64,000 nucleotides of DNA from Candidatus Borrarchaeum weybense (GTDB lineage: Archaea; Asgardarchaeota; Sifarchaeia; Borrarchaeales; Borrarchaeaceae), in contig JAHQJS010000007.1 of the NCBI GenBank assembly GCA_019057385.1, positions 512,001-576,000 on the forward strand. The letters are read 5' to 3'. Under the pieces are notes generated by a model. It was given only the letters and a program-made list of their open reading frames with translations, was not told the DNA's origin and searched no databases. Shown here one piece after another: positions 20,101 through 30,147 of the stretch. Position 1 is the stretch's first letter. Each line of letters starts with the position of its first letter. The position numbers were made by a program, and so were the translations under genes.

Positions 20101-21887
20101 TTCATAAAAGGAAGTGAATCATTCCTACCACGTGGGAATGCACTGTTTTCTTCAAAAGTAACCCATGAGAGTTTAAAATCATCTTTATATTGTGTATAAT
20201 TTCCTAAAAACCAGTCAATAACTTTCTTTGTTACCATACCGCTCCAACCCTGATTCCACGCATTCCATACGCCGAGAGCTCTAGTATCACCATAATTAGG
20301 ATGAATACCGTCAATCGCACACTCTCCATTTGGCAAAGTGCAATTTTCATAATACCAGTTCATCAATTCGAGTAATTTATCTCTTACAAAATAGGGATCA
20401 TCATCATAATTGCCGATTGGAGCGCCTATTCTGTGATAACCTTCCATATAATAGATTTCATACAAATGATTATGTGTAGCATCGTGTATAGTAAGAATAC
20501 AAGTTTCGTTATCAAAACTCCATTGTTCATGGCCATTTCCATAGGTCAAATATTGGGCATCGTTAACATCGTAAACGTCCCAATAGTCTTTTTGTTTAAG
20601 GCAAATAGAAACATCTCCAAGAAATACTGAAATATCTCCAGTAGGCCCTTCATTCTCTAAGGATTTCATACGTGCTTCGAATTGCATAAAGGCATTATGA
20701 GCCCTGAAGTCAGCCCGTCCACTATCTTCGTTATAATAATCTCCATCAGCGTATCCGGAATCAGTGTAATTATCTAACTGTGTCCAAAAAGAATAGCCCA
20801 TAGTTGATCCACAATAAATTAATCGAGGTTCTATCCAAATTCTATATCCTTCTTTCTTTAACGAGATAATTAAATCCCTAAAATTATCTTTACCCCACTT
20901 ACTGTTAATTGGACTTAAGGGATACTTCCAAGCAACATTGATTTGAATTATATCACCTTCTTGTGCTCCACAGCCTTCCATTCGATCCAAAATATACTGT
21001 GTCATATTTGTTTCATCGTATTTTAGATCCCATGCCATAGCGATAGTGCCGCGATAATCATAGACTTCTATTCCCAATGACAAATCTCCAGAAATAGTTA
21101 TGTTTTTACAGTACATTCTCATCCCATAAACCTCACTTGGCGTGGGAGGATAAATTTCAACGTAATAATTACCAGCGGCTATTTCGGTAAAGGTTATTTC
21201 ACCATTTATATCGGCTTGACCATAAGCAGTTTTGTTCCAATGTTCATTCGCCAATTTTACCCAACAATAGCTATAATCTTCTTTCGTTACATCTTCAATT
21301 ATATGAAGTCGTAACTCATAGGATCCTCCTCCAAAGATAGGATCAAAAATAACAGAATCAAATACACTCAAATTTCCACTATATCCAGTAATTTTGAGTG
21401 TATGCCAACCCTCTGGTATCTCCAAATAGTAAAAGGTATCAGTAGTATTCCCTTTAGTGACATTATCCAGTTCTATTTCAAAATAATCGAAATCTCCTGT
21501 AGCATTCCAAGTTGCGTTGACATATTTTGTTGCTAAAATCGTACCATTTAAAGGATGTGTGATTGTTATGTTCAACTCTTCGTTGTTAGTTGTGTTTGAA
21601 TCTAATGCCAGATGGTTAATTCCAGATCCATTATAGGAAATTATATGTGGAGGAATGTCAAAAGGTGCCCATTCTTCAACCGTTTCGGAAGATTGCTCAT
21701 AAATCTCTTCGAAATCATCTAAAGTTAAAACATATTGGGGGGTCTCTATTTCATCAACAGTATTTTCACTTTTTAATAGTTCTTCATCTATTTGTGTTGC
21801 ATTATCGTTTGAAAATGCATGCTGAACTGGAAAGATAAACGTTGAGAACATTAACAAGACTATAATTAACAAAATTCTTTTATTCAT
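17145..21887 (-). CDS. 1580-aa secreted, membrane-anchored glycoside-active protein with GH112-like core and Ig-like stalk
   Basis: Signal peptide MNKRILLII...AFS; segments DYWDVYD..WSFDNET..H.YEI, DWLYFRQK...VILYDGDD and LDFISTYYIEENGIPDDCDLLVIAG..YVMDGGAVWFMGD resemble GH112; C-terminal TM with RLRHRR tail. Confidence 0.65.
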   Translation of the reverse strand: MNKRILLIIVLLMFSTFIFPVQHAFSNDNATQIDEELLKSENTVDEIETPQYVLTLDDFEEIYEQSSETVEEWAPFDIPPHIISYNGSGINHLALDSNTTNNEELNITITHPLNGTILATKYVNATWNATGDFDYFEIELDNVTKGNTTDTFYYLEIPEGWHTLKITGYSGNLSVFDSVIFDPIFGGGSYELRLHIIEDVTKEDYSYCWVKLANEHWNKTAYGQADINGEITFTEIAAGNYYVEIYPPTPSEVYGMRMYCKNITISGDLSLGIEVYDYRGTIAMAWDLKYDETNMTQYILDRMEGCGAQEGDIIQINVAWKYPLSPINSKWGKDNFRDLIISLKKEGYRIWIEPRLIYCGSTMGYSFWTQLDNYTDSGYADGDYYNEDSGRADFRAHNAFMQFEARMKSLENEGPTGDISVFLGDVSICLKQKDYWDVYDVNDAQYLTYGNGHEQWSFDNETCILTIHDATHNHLYEIYYMEGYHRIGAPIGNYDDDPYFVRDKLLELMNWYYENCTLPNGECAIDGIHPNYGDTRALGVWNAWNQGWSGMVTKKVIDWFLGNYTQYKDDFKLSWVTFEENSAFPRGRNDSLPFMNDWLYFRQKLIHNEWYKLLINQAKNHNVSVILYDGDDNRLQSSDLAIRLGADIFEHQKGTNIDDEYFINYVDYWSTRVPFMNDWEETWQDDLDHEGLRATLQRTSAQGTLPAIMYNHQSPYGYNIPEDRYDDYRQAHEDFREVWKTYKQFSDRKIAKVYFMVGVSARQISDFYGAADGTRMTPRLYHKSLFFRLPAQLDFISTYYIEENGIPDDCDLLVIAGQNTGSPDTTYHSLYSDKLNSSVTSYVMDGGAVWFMGDVGRYSTNGTSLGTGYWEQLLGLQCVNASWDEINDNFFVDESHWIINDEEYRGLVDNSEGYQPDLPNMLGEPEWEGLRVNNFADGMYNVTNEANAEYVIIWYGDNSWKMPYLYIRDDIGSGYIAYTPYESSGTYPLDYPMGGRLFETFMRTFYYLTDNTDKVCHVNVTLDAGWVNGFTRDKYMYYTVYNNSYATLVSIYYDSFSSTDFEVRTIPYHTTQVDFSDFMEANKDYLIYVFDRPTSNLGYNSHILDSVELSETNKTLVTDDNGDVLFQKGERFEFTFEREIAHWFIIKEAKYEYISLVYAKASDNIVSVTNEGAIGNIYIINATAHSGTDAEFLVYCNLPVASITINGAPVLFNHDFLTKILSFNHTFASSANIEIETGPDTTAPSISSPADFSYEAGQSGNSISWTIYEPYSDKYNVTRNGTVVQSGAYYGSVLVNVDGLGVGIYTFILYANDSSGNSASDIINITVTPDVTPPTFNSPGDISYEIGTTGNIISWIINEPHPDYYNVTRNGILVQSGSYSSGAQIIINIDGLSIGEYTYIINANDTFGNFASDFLIVTVESSQEEDTGGGGRGSGDQDNLDLIAIINFSETTVFQGDKIFVKIKVFDDENKIISDASVELEILEKIFYAIFDDVDTYTCVIDTTDLNLGMHEITITVKKDGYSTYEEIKVIEIKEMIIPTAINNYISSLFLPIRIGMMSIILGAIFVIIRDQVLRLRHRR

Positions 21888-22099
21888 TCTTTTTAAACCT
21901 ACAAAGCTATTCTGGACTCAGAAATATAATATTCAACCTGCAATAAAAATAGTTGGAAAAATTCAAAATACTGACTCTCCGCTAAGAATTGGATCCTACC
22001 CATCAGAATCATTTAGAGAATTTTTTTTAGCCAGATATTTGCTTGTTTTAAAAAGTTTACGAACAAAAGGGTAAATTCTACGCATTTTTTTAAATGTTG

Positions 22100-22138
22100 T
22101 AGTAAAACTCTCCGCAAGTCTAGTAAAATCTTCCGCAA
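22100..22138. repeat. Imperfect 21-bp-period direct repeat TAGTAAAA-n4-CCGCAA
   Basis: tagtaaaactctccgcaa (22100) and tagtaaaatcttccgcaa (22121); similar ctagtaaaagtcttcgca at 24780. Confidence 0.45.
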
Positions 22139-22412
22139 TATCTTACTTAAAACAGTCAAATCAGTCAACAAACTGTTGAATTTTCGATCCTGAAACCGCA
22201 TGTGTTAATTTATCGAAAATCAAAAATCATATCAAGTTATATGATTCTTAAAAGAAGTAGGAACGTTAGTATTTTCTTTAAATAAAAAACATATATCTAC
22301 GAAAGCACTATGGTCAAGGTAATTGGGTTCAAATGAAGCGATAAACATCTTTAGTAAATTATCAATAAATCTTTTAATTCAAAGTTACTTAAATCATAAG
22401 ATTGGTCTTATT

Positions 22413-22816
22413 ATGGAAAAACTAAACGTGAAGAAGACAAGGAAATTAGATTTATGTGTTTCTTGCGAGATTTGTTCTGCTGTATGTCCTGAAAATTCAA
22501 TTATAATGGAGTATGATTTTGGTCAATTTCTTCCAAAAGTTGATGATGAAAATGTACAAAGTGTGGGCTTTGCTTAGAACTTTGTCCAGGTATTGATATT
22601 GACCCCTTAAATTTCAGATACAACAAAATTACAACTAAGATGCTAGTGGGAGATCCTTTAGAAATTTATACAGCTTTTAGTAAAAATTTAAAAATTAGAA
22701 ATAAGTCCACAAGTGGTGGGTTAATCACTAACTTCATTACTGCACTAATCGAAAATAAATATTTTGTAGTAAATTATCTTAGTATTCCAAGAATCAAGAT
22801 AGTGAAAGTTCAATAG
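22413..22816 (+). pseudogene. Frameshifted, truncated FrhB/FdhB-like (F420-dependent beta subunit) gene with 4Fe-4S dicluster
   Basis: CVSCEICSAVCP, then a frameshift near 22550 to KCTKCGLCLELCPG...IRNKSTSGGLIT; ends prematurely. Confidence 0.75.
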
Positions 22817-22993
22817 ATGTGGTGACAAATTAACGGGATTTTTGGCTAATTGCGAATAAAGATGTGTTTGTAAGTCAAATGGATTTCTTAAAATAGTTTT
22901 GGAAGGCCTAAATCGTGGTTTTACATTTTGTACGTGAAGGTTTTTACCAAAAATCATAAGAACTACGAATTTCGATGTCAATGATAGATAACC

Positions 22994-23266
22994 ATGAAAT
23001 CATATATTGTAACCCCGTTCAGTAAACTTGAAAAAAACTCAAATACTTCCACAGAAAACTTTGATGAGATTAATGCGGCGATTAAGTCTTTCCTGAAAAA
23101 ACCATCTATTTTAGCAGAATTAGAAAAACCATTTGAAAAAGTAATAGGGTACAATTTTTTTAACAAAGAGCTAGATAACAGTTTTGATGAGAAAGTCAAA
23201 GAGTTAATCGCTAGCGGTATAATGTTCAAAATTGATGAATACGGAAAAATGATTGTACTTGATTAG
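22994..23266 (+). CDS. Hypothetical protein
   Basis: 90-aa ATG-started ORF with protein-like composition. Confidence 0.5.
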   Translation: MKSYIVTPFSKLEKNSNTSTENFDEINAAIKSFLKKPSILAELEKPFEKVIGYNFFNKELDNSFDEKVKELIASGIMFKIDEYGKMIVLD

Positions 23267-23622
23267 AGATTAATGATTGTGAGTAACGAATACTGATTTT
23301 TGACATGCCAAAACAAATCTTCAATACATTGAAAAAGACTACAGCATATCCCTATTTTGCTATAAGATATTGTGATAGTATCAAAAATGTATACGCTTTT
23401 TCAACATATCATTTGAAAAGATTATAATTAAGATATATATTATGACTAGGTATTTGCGAATATTACAATTATTAACAGAAAAACTGCGAACCTGTCCACA
23501 ATCTTTTTTAGACCGTGTATGGTATAAACACACAAGGATATTGTATTTGCCTATTATATGACTTCATCCAAATTTGTAGACTATATGTGCTTTGAAGCGC
23601 TTTATGAAGGAGGAAGTTAATT

Positions 23623-24237
23623 ATGGGGCTTTTTAACCGAGTTAAGAGAAATAACGAAGAAGAAAACCCAGAAATGCAAAAGGAAGAAGTTATAGACACC
23701 AATTCTCCAGAAATTCCTCCTGAAATGGAACAAGAGCATGAAATAGAAGAAATTGTGGAAGAAAAAGACGTTGAAACAACCATCTCTGACGCTAATGCAG
23801 AACATCTAGAAGAAGAGAAAGAAGGTGAGACTGTACCGATTGAGACCACTGAGATAGTTGAGCAACAGGAAGAAGAATTAAAAGAAGAAAATGTAGAAGT
23901 AACAGTAGCGAAGGAAGTTAAGAAAGAAGTACATATGTCAGTACCTGAAGAACAAGACGTTGTTGACGTAGGTATTATTGAAATGGAAGATATTCCAGAA
24001 ACTGAAACCGAGCGTGTTGATCCCTTAGTTGATTCATCAAAGAAGTACTACTCTGATGTTAAATTAAGCGTATTAGAGAAGCGGCTAGATACGCTTCTTC
24101 ATACGAAAAAACAACTGCTCAGCAATCCAAAACCAGACAACAAGAAACTAGAGGAAATTATGCTATGTATTCAAGTCATTAAAAGTGAAATAGACGATGT
24201 AAAATATGAAGCGTGCCGTTTTTCTTCAGAAGTATAA
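23623..24237 (+). CDS. Glu-rich, largely disordered protein with C-terminal helical hairpin
   Basis: GGAGG SD; acidic low-complexity region followed by LEKRLDTLL...IQVIKSEIDDVK. Confidence 0.75.
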   Translation: MGLFNRVKRNNEEENPEMQKEEVIDTNSPEIPPEMEQEHEIEEIVEEKDVETTISDANAEHLEEEKEGETVPIETTEIVEQQEEELKEENVEVTVAKEVKKEVHMSVPEEQDVVDVGIIEMEDIPETETERVDPLVDSSKKYYSDVKLSVLEKRLDTLLHTKKQLLSNPKPDNKKLEEIMLCIQVIKSEIDDVKYEACRFSSEV

Positions 24238-24476
24238 TAGCTATTTTAGACAAAGTATATTGCAGTTAACTCTTTTTAAGTTGAACTTTTATCAGGATAT
24301 TACACATCGTCTTTTAATAGGTTAGTTTATTTCCTTCTTAGATTTACTTTTTACTTTTACGTTTATAAACAATATTTTTCTTAGAAGTGCTCACACAAAA
24401 GCGTGTAGCTCTTTAAGATAAAGATTAACAATATCCGCTAATCTAGTTAAGTGCTTTCTATTTCGAGCTAAATTAA

Positions 24477-24725
24477 TTAACGGGAGTATCCTTTTTCAAG
24501 AACGACTCCTGAAAGGGCAAATATATAGACTACCCCATTTATGAATACACTTTGCGTGAGGTTATTTGCAGTCCATATAAATCCTGCACTATAAAGGAAT
24601 GGATCAAAAACACTGGCAACAATTAAAATAGCAGAAAAAGTCATTAGAGCGGACTTCCATCCGCTATATTTTGCAAGGTGGTAGGCAAGTAATAAGAAAC
24701 CCAATCCTTCGACTAGATACAACAT
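24477..24725 (-). CDS. Small membrane protein
   Basis: 82 aa with three hydrophobic segments. Confidence 0.5.
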   Translation of the reverse strand: MLYLVEGLGFLLLAYHLAKYSGWKSALMTFSAILIVASVFDPFLYSAGFIWTANNLTQSVFINGVVYIFALSGVVLEKGYSR

Positions 24726-24881
24726 ATGCTTTTAAGACGCCAATATAATAAATAATTTCTGGGAAAAACTTTCGTACATCTAGTAAAAGTCTTCGCATTA
24801 TTTTTTTAAAAACTAGAGAGTTTTTCGCTCCTTTAAACAAGGTTTCTAAGGGATTTCTTGGTATAATACAAATGAGACTAC

Positions 24882-26232
24882 GTGAACTACCACCCTACAA
24901 GTAGGGTGGCTTCCTGAATCATCCATTCCCCAGCGGGACATGTCAAACAGGCTCTACGGGCAGTTCCTGCCCTGATGGTGATGATGATGATGAGAGTGAT
25001 GTGTCATAGTGAGTGGATCGCTGTAACACCGTGATGGCAGAATTTTGATCTTTGACTAACACCAACCCACAGTACGGACAGCTGTGGATACGGGTTGCCA
25101 GTGTTTTCGGCACCAGTTTGCCACACCTACTGCACAATTGTGTGGTGTGATAAGCACTCACATACTCTACCAGCGTACCAGCTTCCTCCGCTTTGTACTC
25201 GGTAAAACGCATGAGTTGCCCCCAACTGGCGTCACTAATCGACTTTGCTAAATGATGGTTCTTCACCATGTTGGTGATCCTAAGCTGCTCATACACAATC
25301 AGGTCATACGTATCGACCAGTTTCCGACTGAGTTTATGATGAAAGTCCTTCCGCTGATTACGTATCTTTCTGTGTACCTGTGCTACCTTCCTGTTCTGCT
25401 TGTGGCGGTTACGTGAGCCCTTCAGCTTCCTGTCTTTTCTTCGCTGCACTTTAGCAAGTTGATTCTCCGAGTGTCTCAACCAACGGGGGTTGTCTATGGT
25501 GTCGCCATTATTGAATGTCAGTAAATTCGTCAACCCCACATCCACACCTATTGCCTTCTGTATGGCTCTCTGAGAAGAGTCAGGAGGCGCAGGATCAGGC
25601 AGTTCGACTGAAAAACAGGCATATCAGTGGTCAACATCGCGTTTGATAGTACAGGTCTTGATCTCGCCTTCAGATGGGATAGCTCGGTGGAGTTTAATGG
25701 AAATATTCCCGATTTTCGAGAGGCGAAGTTTCTTGTTGTTCTCTTCAAGAACAAAACCGCTTTGAGGATAGGTGAAGGAGTCATACCTGTAGTTCCCTTT
25801 AAAGCGTGGGTAACCTGCTTTTTCACCGTTGTTAAGGCGTCGAAAAAAGTGCTGGAAGGTTTTATCCAGGCGTCTCAGCACGTCTTGCAGTACCTGTGAG
25901 TGCAGCGCTTGCAAAAACGGAGTGGTCTGTTTGGTGTCTGTGAGTTGGTTGGCTTGCTCGGTATAGGTAACCGACCGTTGTTCGGTTGTCCATGCATTTC
26001 TGCGCTCAGCAAGTGAGGTATTATACAACATACGGCAGGTAGTCAGCCATTGCCTTAGGATAGCCTGCTGTGATTTGGTGGGATACAGGCGAAATTTATA
26101 AGTGCGGTTCATAGTAGGTAGTATCCGCACACTACTATTTAAACTGAGAGACACTATGCTGAAAGTGAAACCCGTAAAACACAGGCGATTCATCCACCCA
26201 ACAAGTTGGGTGGTCTTCTCGCCAGCTAAGCT
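24882..26232 (-). mobile_element. IS200/IS605-family TnpB-only (IS1341-type) element
   Basis: GC-richer island; right-end hairpin GTGAACTACCACCCTACAAGTAGGGTGG; left-end hairpin CCACCCAACAAGTTGGGTGG; adjacent TTTAT (minus strand) is the candidate TAM. Confidence 0.88.
24943..26112 (-). pseudogene. tnpB: tnpB with a single in-frame TGA at 25624-25626
   Basis: YKFRLYPT HTH, GYPRFK, KRDVDH*YACFSVE, GVDVG, VYEQL, CSRC/CPYC, KDQNSA; both ORF-track halves share one frame. Confidence 0.88.
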
Positions 26233-26272
26233 ATAAAATAGTTGTTGATCTTTCTAATCATGAAGGGATACA

Positions 26273-26416
26273 ATGAAATGCCAAATGTTAAAATCATATT
26301 TTTCTGTTAAAGATACAGGAGTGAAGAATATTCGACTTGGAAATATAGGAGTTTTTGCTAAAACCCAAGATGATTGGAATGCACTATTAGCTCTCGCAGG
26401 TGAAGATGCAATTTAA
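26273..26416 (+). pseudogene. Short remnant resembling the C-terminus of an archaeal radical SAM protein
   Basis: MLKSYFSVKDTGVKNIRLGNIGVFAKT; lies next to the IS left end. Confidence 0.3.
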
Positions 26417-26446
26417 GGTGTGTAATTTCTCAGGAAAGGTGCTGTA

Positions 26447-27547
26447 ATGAGTAATAGAAATGATGAAGATATTGTTGATCGTATTGTTTTACGGCAAGCC
26501 TTGATGACAGTTATTTCAAACTTTGAAGACGTTCTGAGAGAAAATGTCTATGAAACAACTGCTCAAACACCTCAGGTAATTGATGTGCGCGATGTAGATG
26601 AAGTCACTAGATTTGGAGCAACTGGACAGGTTCATCTGGTAACTATCGATTTTAGTAGTGAATTTGGCGCACATCAAACAATGTGGGCTATAAAATTCTC
26701 TTCTAGTGGAGAAAAAGTCTTCTCAGAAGCATCTAACTCGCGCTGGTTATTTAAACAATTAGAATATTTAAATTATGGTAACCTACGTACTCCAAAACTA
26801 CTTTTTGCCTTTCCGGAAGAGAAAATTTTGATATACGAAGGAATTCATGGTGATACATATTTTCAAGCTGATGTAGCACCAAGAAAGAAGGCAGTGCTTG
26901 CAGGGCGACTATTAGCTGCAATTCATGGGTCACCTACGCGTTCAGTTGATGCTGAAAGTTATGAAAACCTCATGGCCTTAATGTTGTTAGACTTGCCGAT
27001 CTCTGCTTTGCGAAGAGAAGTTATTGGTAAGGCAAGTTCGATATATTTTGAGGAAATGAAAGACTCAATAGGTGGAGGCAATATTTTTGGTGATTACCAC
27101 CAAAGAAATGTAATACTTAGTAGAGAAAAACAAAATACTCATTTGCAAAAAATCTATGTTATCGACCCTGAATACATGATGTTTGCAGATAATTGCCGAT
27201 GTGAAGATATTGCTAACTTTTTTGTTTTTCAACTCATTGAAGAGTATAAAAATACACATTCAATAGATGAGACACGATCTGCGCTGCATTTTTTTCTTTT
27301 AGGATATAACCAAGTTCTCAGGGACTTTAATCTATCACTTAATGAATTATATCCACACATGCCATTAGAATTTCATTTAGCATATCATATTTTCATAAAT
27401 ATTCGAATGAGGATAAAACGCTCTAGACAGAAATTGAAAGGATCTAAGCAGGTAAATAAACGTTCCGTACAAGACTTCATTGCAGAGGTTAAAGAATTAA
27501 TTTCTCTTGCAGAGTTTTTGTTAAAAGAACGTCCTCTGACAAGTTAA
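26447..27547 (+). CDS. Aminoglycoside-phosphotransferase/protein-kinase-like fold protein
   Basis: WAIKF, LAAIHG, FGDYHQRNVI (catalytic loop), VIDPE, CEDIANF. Confidence 0.75.
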   Translation: MSNRNDEDIVDRIVLRQALMTVISNFEDVLRENVYETTAQTPQVIDVRDVDEVTRFGATGQVHLVTIDFSSEFGAHQTMWAIKFSSSGEKVFSEASNSRWLFKQLEYLNYGNLRTPKLLFAFPEEKILIYEGIHGDTYFQADVAPRKKAVLAGRLLAAIHGSPTRSVDAESYENLMALMLLDLPISALRREVIGKASSIYFEEMKDSIGGGNIFGDYHQRNVILSREKQNTHLQKIYVIDPEYMMFADNCRCEDIANFFVFQLIEEYKNTHSIDETRSALHFFLLGYNQVLRDFNLSLNELYPHMPLEFHLAYHIFINIRMRIKRSRQKLKGSKQVNKRSVQDFIAEVKELISLAEFLLKERPLTS

Positions 27548-27640
27548 CTCTAGAATTGATCAAATGATATTTAATGACCTGAGTGTTGACTTTTCTTTTC
27601 CGTTAATAACTTGTGCAATGTTAAGCAAGACATAATTTAT

Positions 27641-27692
27641 GTGAACTACCTCACGCTGAAGCTGTGGTGCTTTCTTGCTTAGTTGTCTGTAA
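27641..27692. mobile_element. Minimal palindromic IS605-derived element (PATE-like, ~52 bp)
   Basis: Starts like the right ends (GTGAACTACC) and finishes like the left end at 36740 (CTTGCTTAG...CTGTAA) around one hairpin. Confidence 0.6.
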
Positions 27693-27766
27693 CTTTGATC
27701 TTGTCTAATATCATTTCAAATTCACACCTTTCATACTAATTCATTTATAAAACATATAATTAGAAC

Positions 27767-28639
27767 TTGGCTATACAGTCTTTCACATTCAGAGGATATT
27801 TCTTTTCAAATTTCAATGAAAATGGCGAACCGAAAATGAAACAGTCGAAACAATCTGAAATAGAAACTGAATCTAGAAGCAAAAGAATCGAAAATTCCAC
27901 TCCTAAATCGTTAAGTGTTTCGATTGTCATCCCTGCAAGAAATGAAGAAACAAACATAGCTCAGCTGATTTCGAGGATTGAAAAGATATTTTCTTCTAGT
28001 CGTCCCAAAGGCAGTTTTGAAATAGTTTTAGTTAACGATAATAGCAATGACAGGACAGGAGAAATCGCAGAACAGTTAAGCAATGTTTATGGGAATATCC
28101 AAGTTATTCATAGGACAAAAGATCCAGGATTTGGACGTGCAATAAAGACAGGGCTCAGAAGTGCACGAAAAGATGTTATAATTCCGATGATGGGTGATAA
28201 TTGTGATGATCCAGCAGATGCACTGAAGATGCTTGAAGAAATAGAAAAGGGCTTTGACTTTATAGTAGGTACACGATATAACAGAGGAAATATTAGTGGT
28301 ATGTCAATATTAAAAAGAATTTCTAGTCAAGGTTTTACTGTGTTTAGTAACTTCTTAGGAGTTTCAATGAGTGACATTTGTAATGCCTTTAAAGCTTATA
28401 GGAGATATGTAATTAAGCGAGTTAATCCAAAATCAGATGGCTTTCAGATTTTAGTAGAACTACCTTTGACAGCATATCTACTAGGCTATCGCTTCAAAGA
28501 AATATCAGTGTCGTGGCAAGCAAAAAAACGTACTAGTAAACGGAGTGTAATAAGACGAGGGCCTAAGTATTTAAAAAAGGCATTAGAACTACTAGCAAAA
28601 TTTAAATTTAGGAAATGTGAACTACCACCCTACAAGTAG
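27767..28639 (+). CDS. GT2 glycosyltransferase, dolichol-phosphate mannosyltransferase-like
   Basis: SIVIPARNEE, VNDNSND, GFGRAI, MMGDNCD, VGTRY, DICNAFKAY. Confidence 0.88.
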   Translation: MAIQSFTFRGYFFSNFNENGEPKMKQSKQSEIETESRSKRIENSTPKSLSVSIVIPARNEETNIAQLISRIEKIFSSSRPKGSFEIVLVNDNSNDRTGEIAEQLSNVYGNIQVIHRTKDPGFGRAIKTGLRSARKDVIIPMMGDNCDDPADALKMLEEIEKGFDFIVGTRYNRGNISGMSILKRISSQGFTVFSNFLGVSMSDICNAFKAYRRYVIKRVNPKSDGFQILVELPLTAYLLGYRFKEISVSWQAKKRTSKRSVIRRGPKYLKKALELLAKFKFRKCELPPYK

Positions 28640-28649
28640 AATGGCTTCC
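28617..28649. mobile_element. Solo IS605 right-end remnant that supplies the GT2 stop codon
   Basis: GTGAACTACCACCCTACAAGTAGAATGGCTTCC is nearly identical to 24882-24914. Confidence 0.7.
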
Positions 28650-28665
28650 AGAGCAGGAGTTGTGA

Positions 28666-28944
28666 GTCAATTACCCCCACTCTGAAGGGTAGGGGCTTGT
28701 TCCTTGAGGGACGAGAGTAATTAGTTGATTAGCCTAAGAGAGGTCATGGTGAAACACACATGGCGACATTTACGTTATCAGGGGAGTTAAAGAACACACC
28801 AAGGGATGCTTCTCTAGTCCCTTGCTCTGTAAACGGTGGTTTAAACAGAGAGGAAACTCTCAGTGATCATCGTAGAGTACTGACTGATAACCTTGGCGAA
28901 GAGAACCAACCGACTTTAAAGCAATTTAAAGGAGGAGATAGGAC
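28666..28944 (+). ncRNA. HEARO / IscB omega RNA scaffold
   Basis: GTCAAxTACCCC...GGGGCTTG...GTTGATTAGCCTAAG...TACGTT...GGGATGCTTCTCTAGTCCCTTGCTCT...TTGGCGAAGAGAACC directly upstream of iscB. Confidence 0.85.
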
Positions 28945-30147
28945 TTGAGAGTACCTATCTATGTGTTGAACTTGAGAGGGCAACCGCTCATGCCTACCAC
29001 ACAACATACCGGAAAGAAATTATTAAAGGAAGGCAAGGCACACGCTGTTCAGCGATGCCCTTTTACCATTCAGTTGAACTATGCCACTGGAGAAAGTAAG
29101 CAACCGATTAAACTTGGAATGGACCCGGGATATATGAAAATCGGGTTTAGCGCCAAGACCGACACATTAGAAGTCATCAGTGGCACATTGACGCTGCGCA
29201 AAGATGTGTCTACCAAACTACAAGCACGACGCAGCTATCGTAGAACGCGTCGAGCTAGCTTAGGGTATAGGCCACCTCGATTTAATAACCGAACACAACC
29301 TGAAGGCTGGTTAGCCCCCAGTATTCAGCATAAACAAGAGTCACATATTCGATTAGTTGAAACACTGGCAACCCTGCTACCGTTCAGCTACAAAAGGATA
29401 GAGGTGGACAATTTTGATACACACAAAATGCAGAATCCTGAAATTACAGGCGTAGAGTATCAGCAGGGCGAACTTCAGGGTTACGAAGTCAAAGAATATC
29501 TGTTAGATAAGTGGGGGCGTACATGCGCCTATTATGGCAAAACAAACGTTCCCTTAGAAGTCGAGCATATTATCCCGAAAAGCAGAGGTGGAACTGACCG
29601 AGTGTCGAATTTGACGATCTCATGCAGGAAATGCAATCTAAAGAAAGGAGATAAAACCGCCGAGGAGTTCGGCTCCCCCCACCTCCAGCAACAGGCTACA
29701 CAACCGCTTAAAGCACCAGCCTGTCTAAATAATATTCGTTGGAAGTTAGTAGAGCAGTTAGACGCAGAGTATACCTACGGATACGTCACCAAATACCACC
29801 GCAATAAGTTAGGTTTAGAAAAGTCTCATGTGAATGACGCGTTCGTCATTGCCGGCGGAACCAACCAAGAACGCTGTAGACCGTATGAGATCATCCAAGT
29901 GAGGCGTAATAATCGTTCGCTACAGACGAACCGAAAGGGATTCAAACCATCTATTAGGAGACAAAAATACCCGCTGCAACCGTACGACCTTGTCATGTAT
30001 AATAATAGAATATATAGAGTAAAAGGCGTCCATTGTTACGGAAAATGAGTTGTATTGGACAATCCTAAAGGAAAAAATCCCAGTGTCGCAATTAACAACG
30101 TGAAGTTGATAACATATGGCAAAGGGTTATTATTCAGTTTATGCTAG
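28945..30147 (+). pseudogene. iscB: iscB (RRXRR/HNH OMEGA nuclease); premature TGA at 30046 removes the last ~33 aa
   Basis: PLMP motif, GMDPG RuvC-I, RRSYRRTRR bridge helix, EHIIPKSRGG..SNL..CN HNH, KSHVNDA; frame continues after TGA to TAG at 30145; CAYYG instead of CAYCG. Confidence 0.88.

Noticed and set aside
28760-28948. 62-aa ORF upstream of iscB
   Set aside because: It lies within the omega RNA scaffold.
25624-30048. In-frame TGA at probable Trp positions in both tnpB (25624) and iscB (30046), suggesting UGA recoding
   Set aside because: Host genes end normally at TGA (e.g. 3242, 6883, 44059), and iscB carries other lesions (CAYYG). TGG>TGA decay is simpler.
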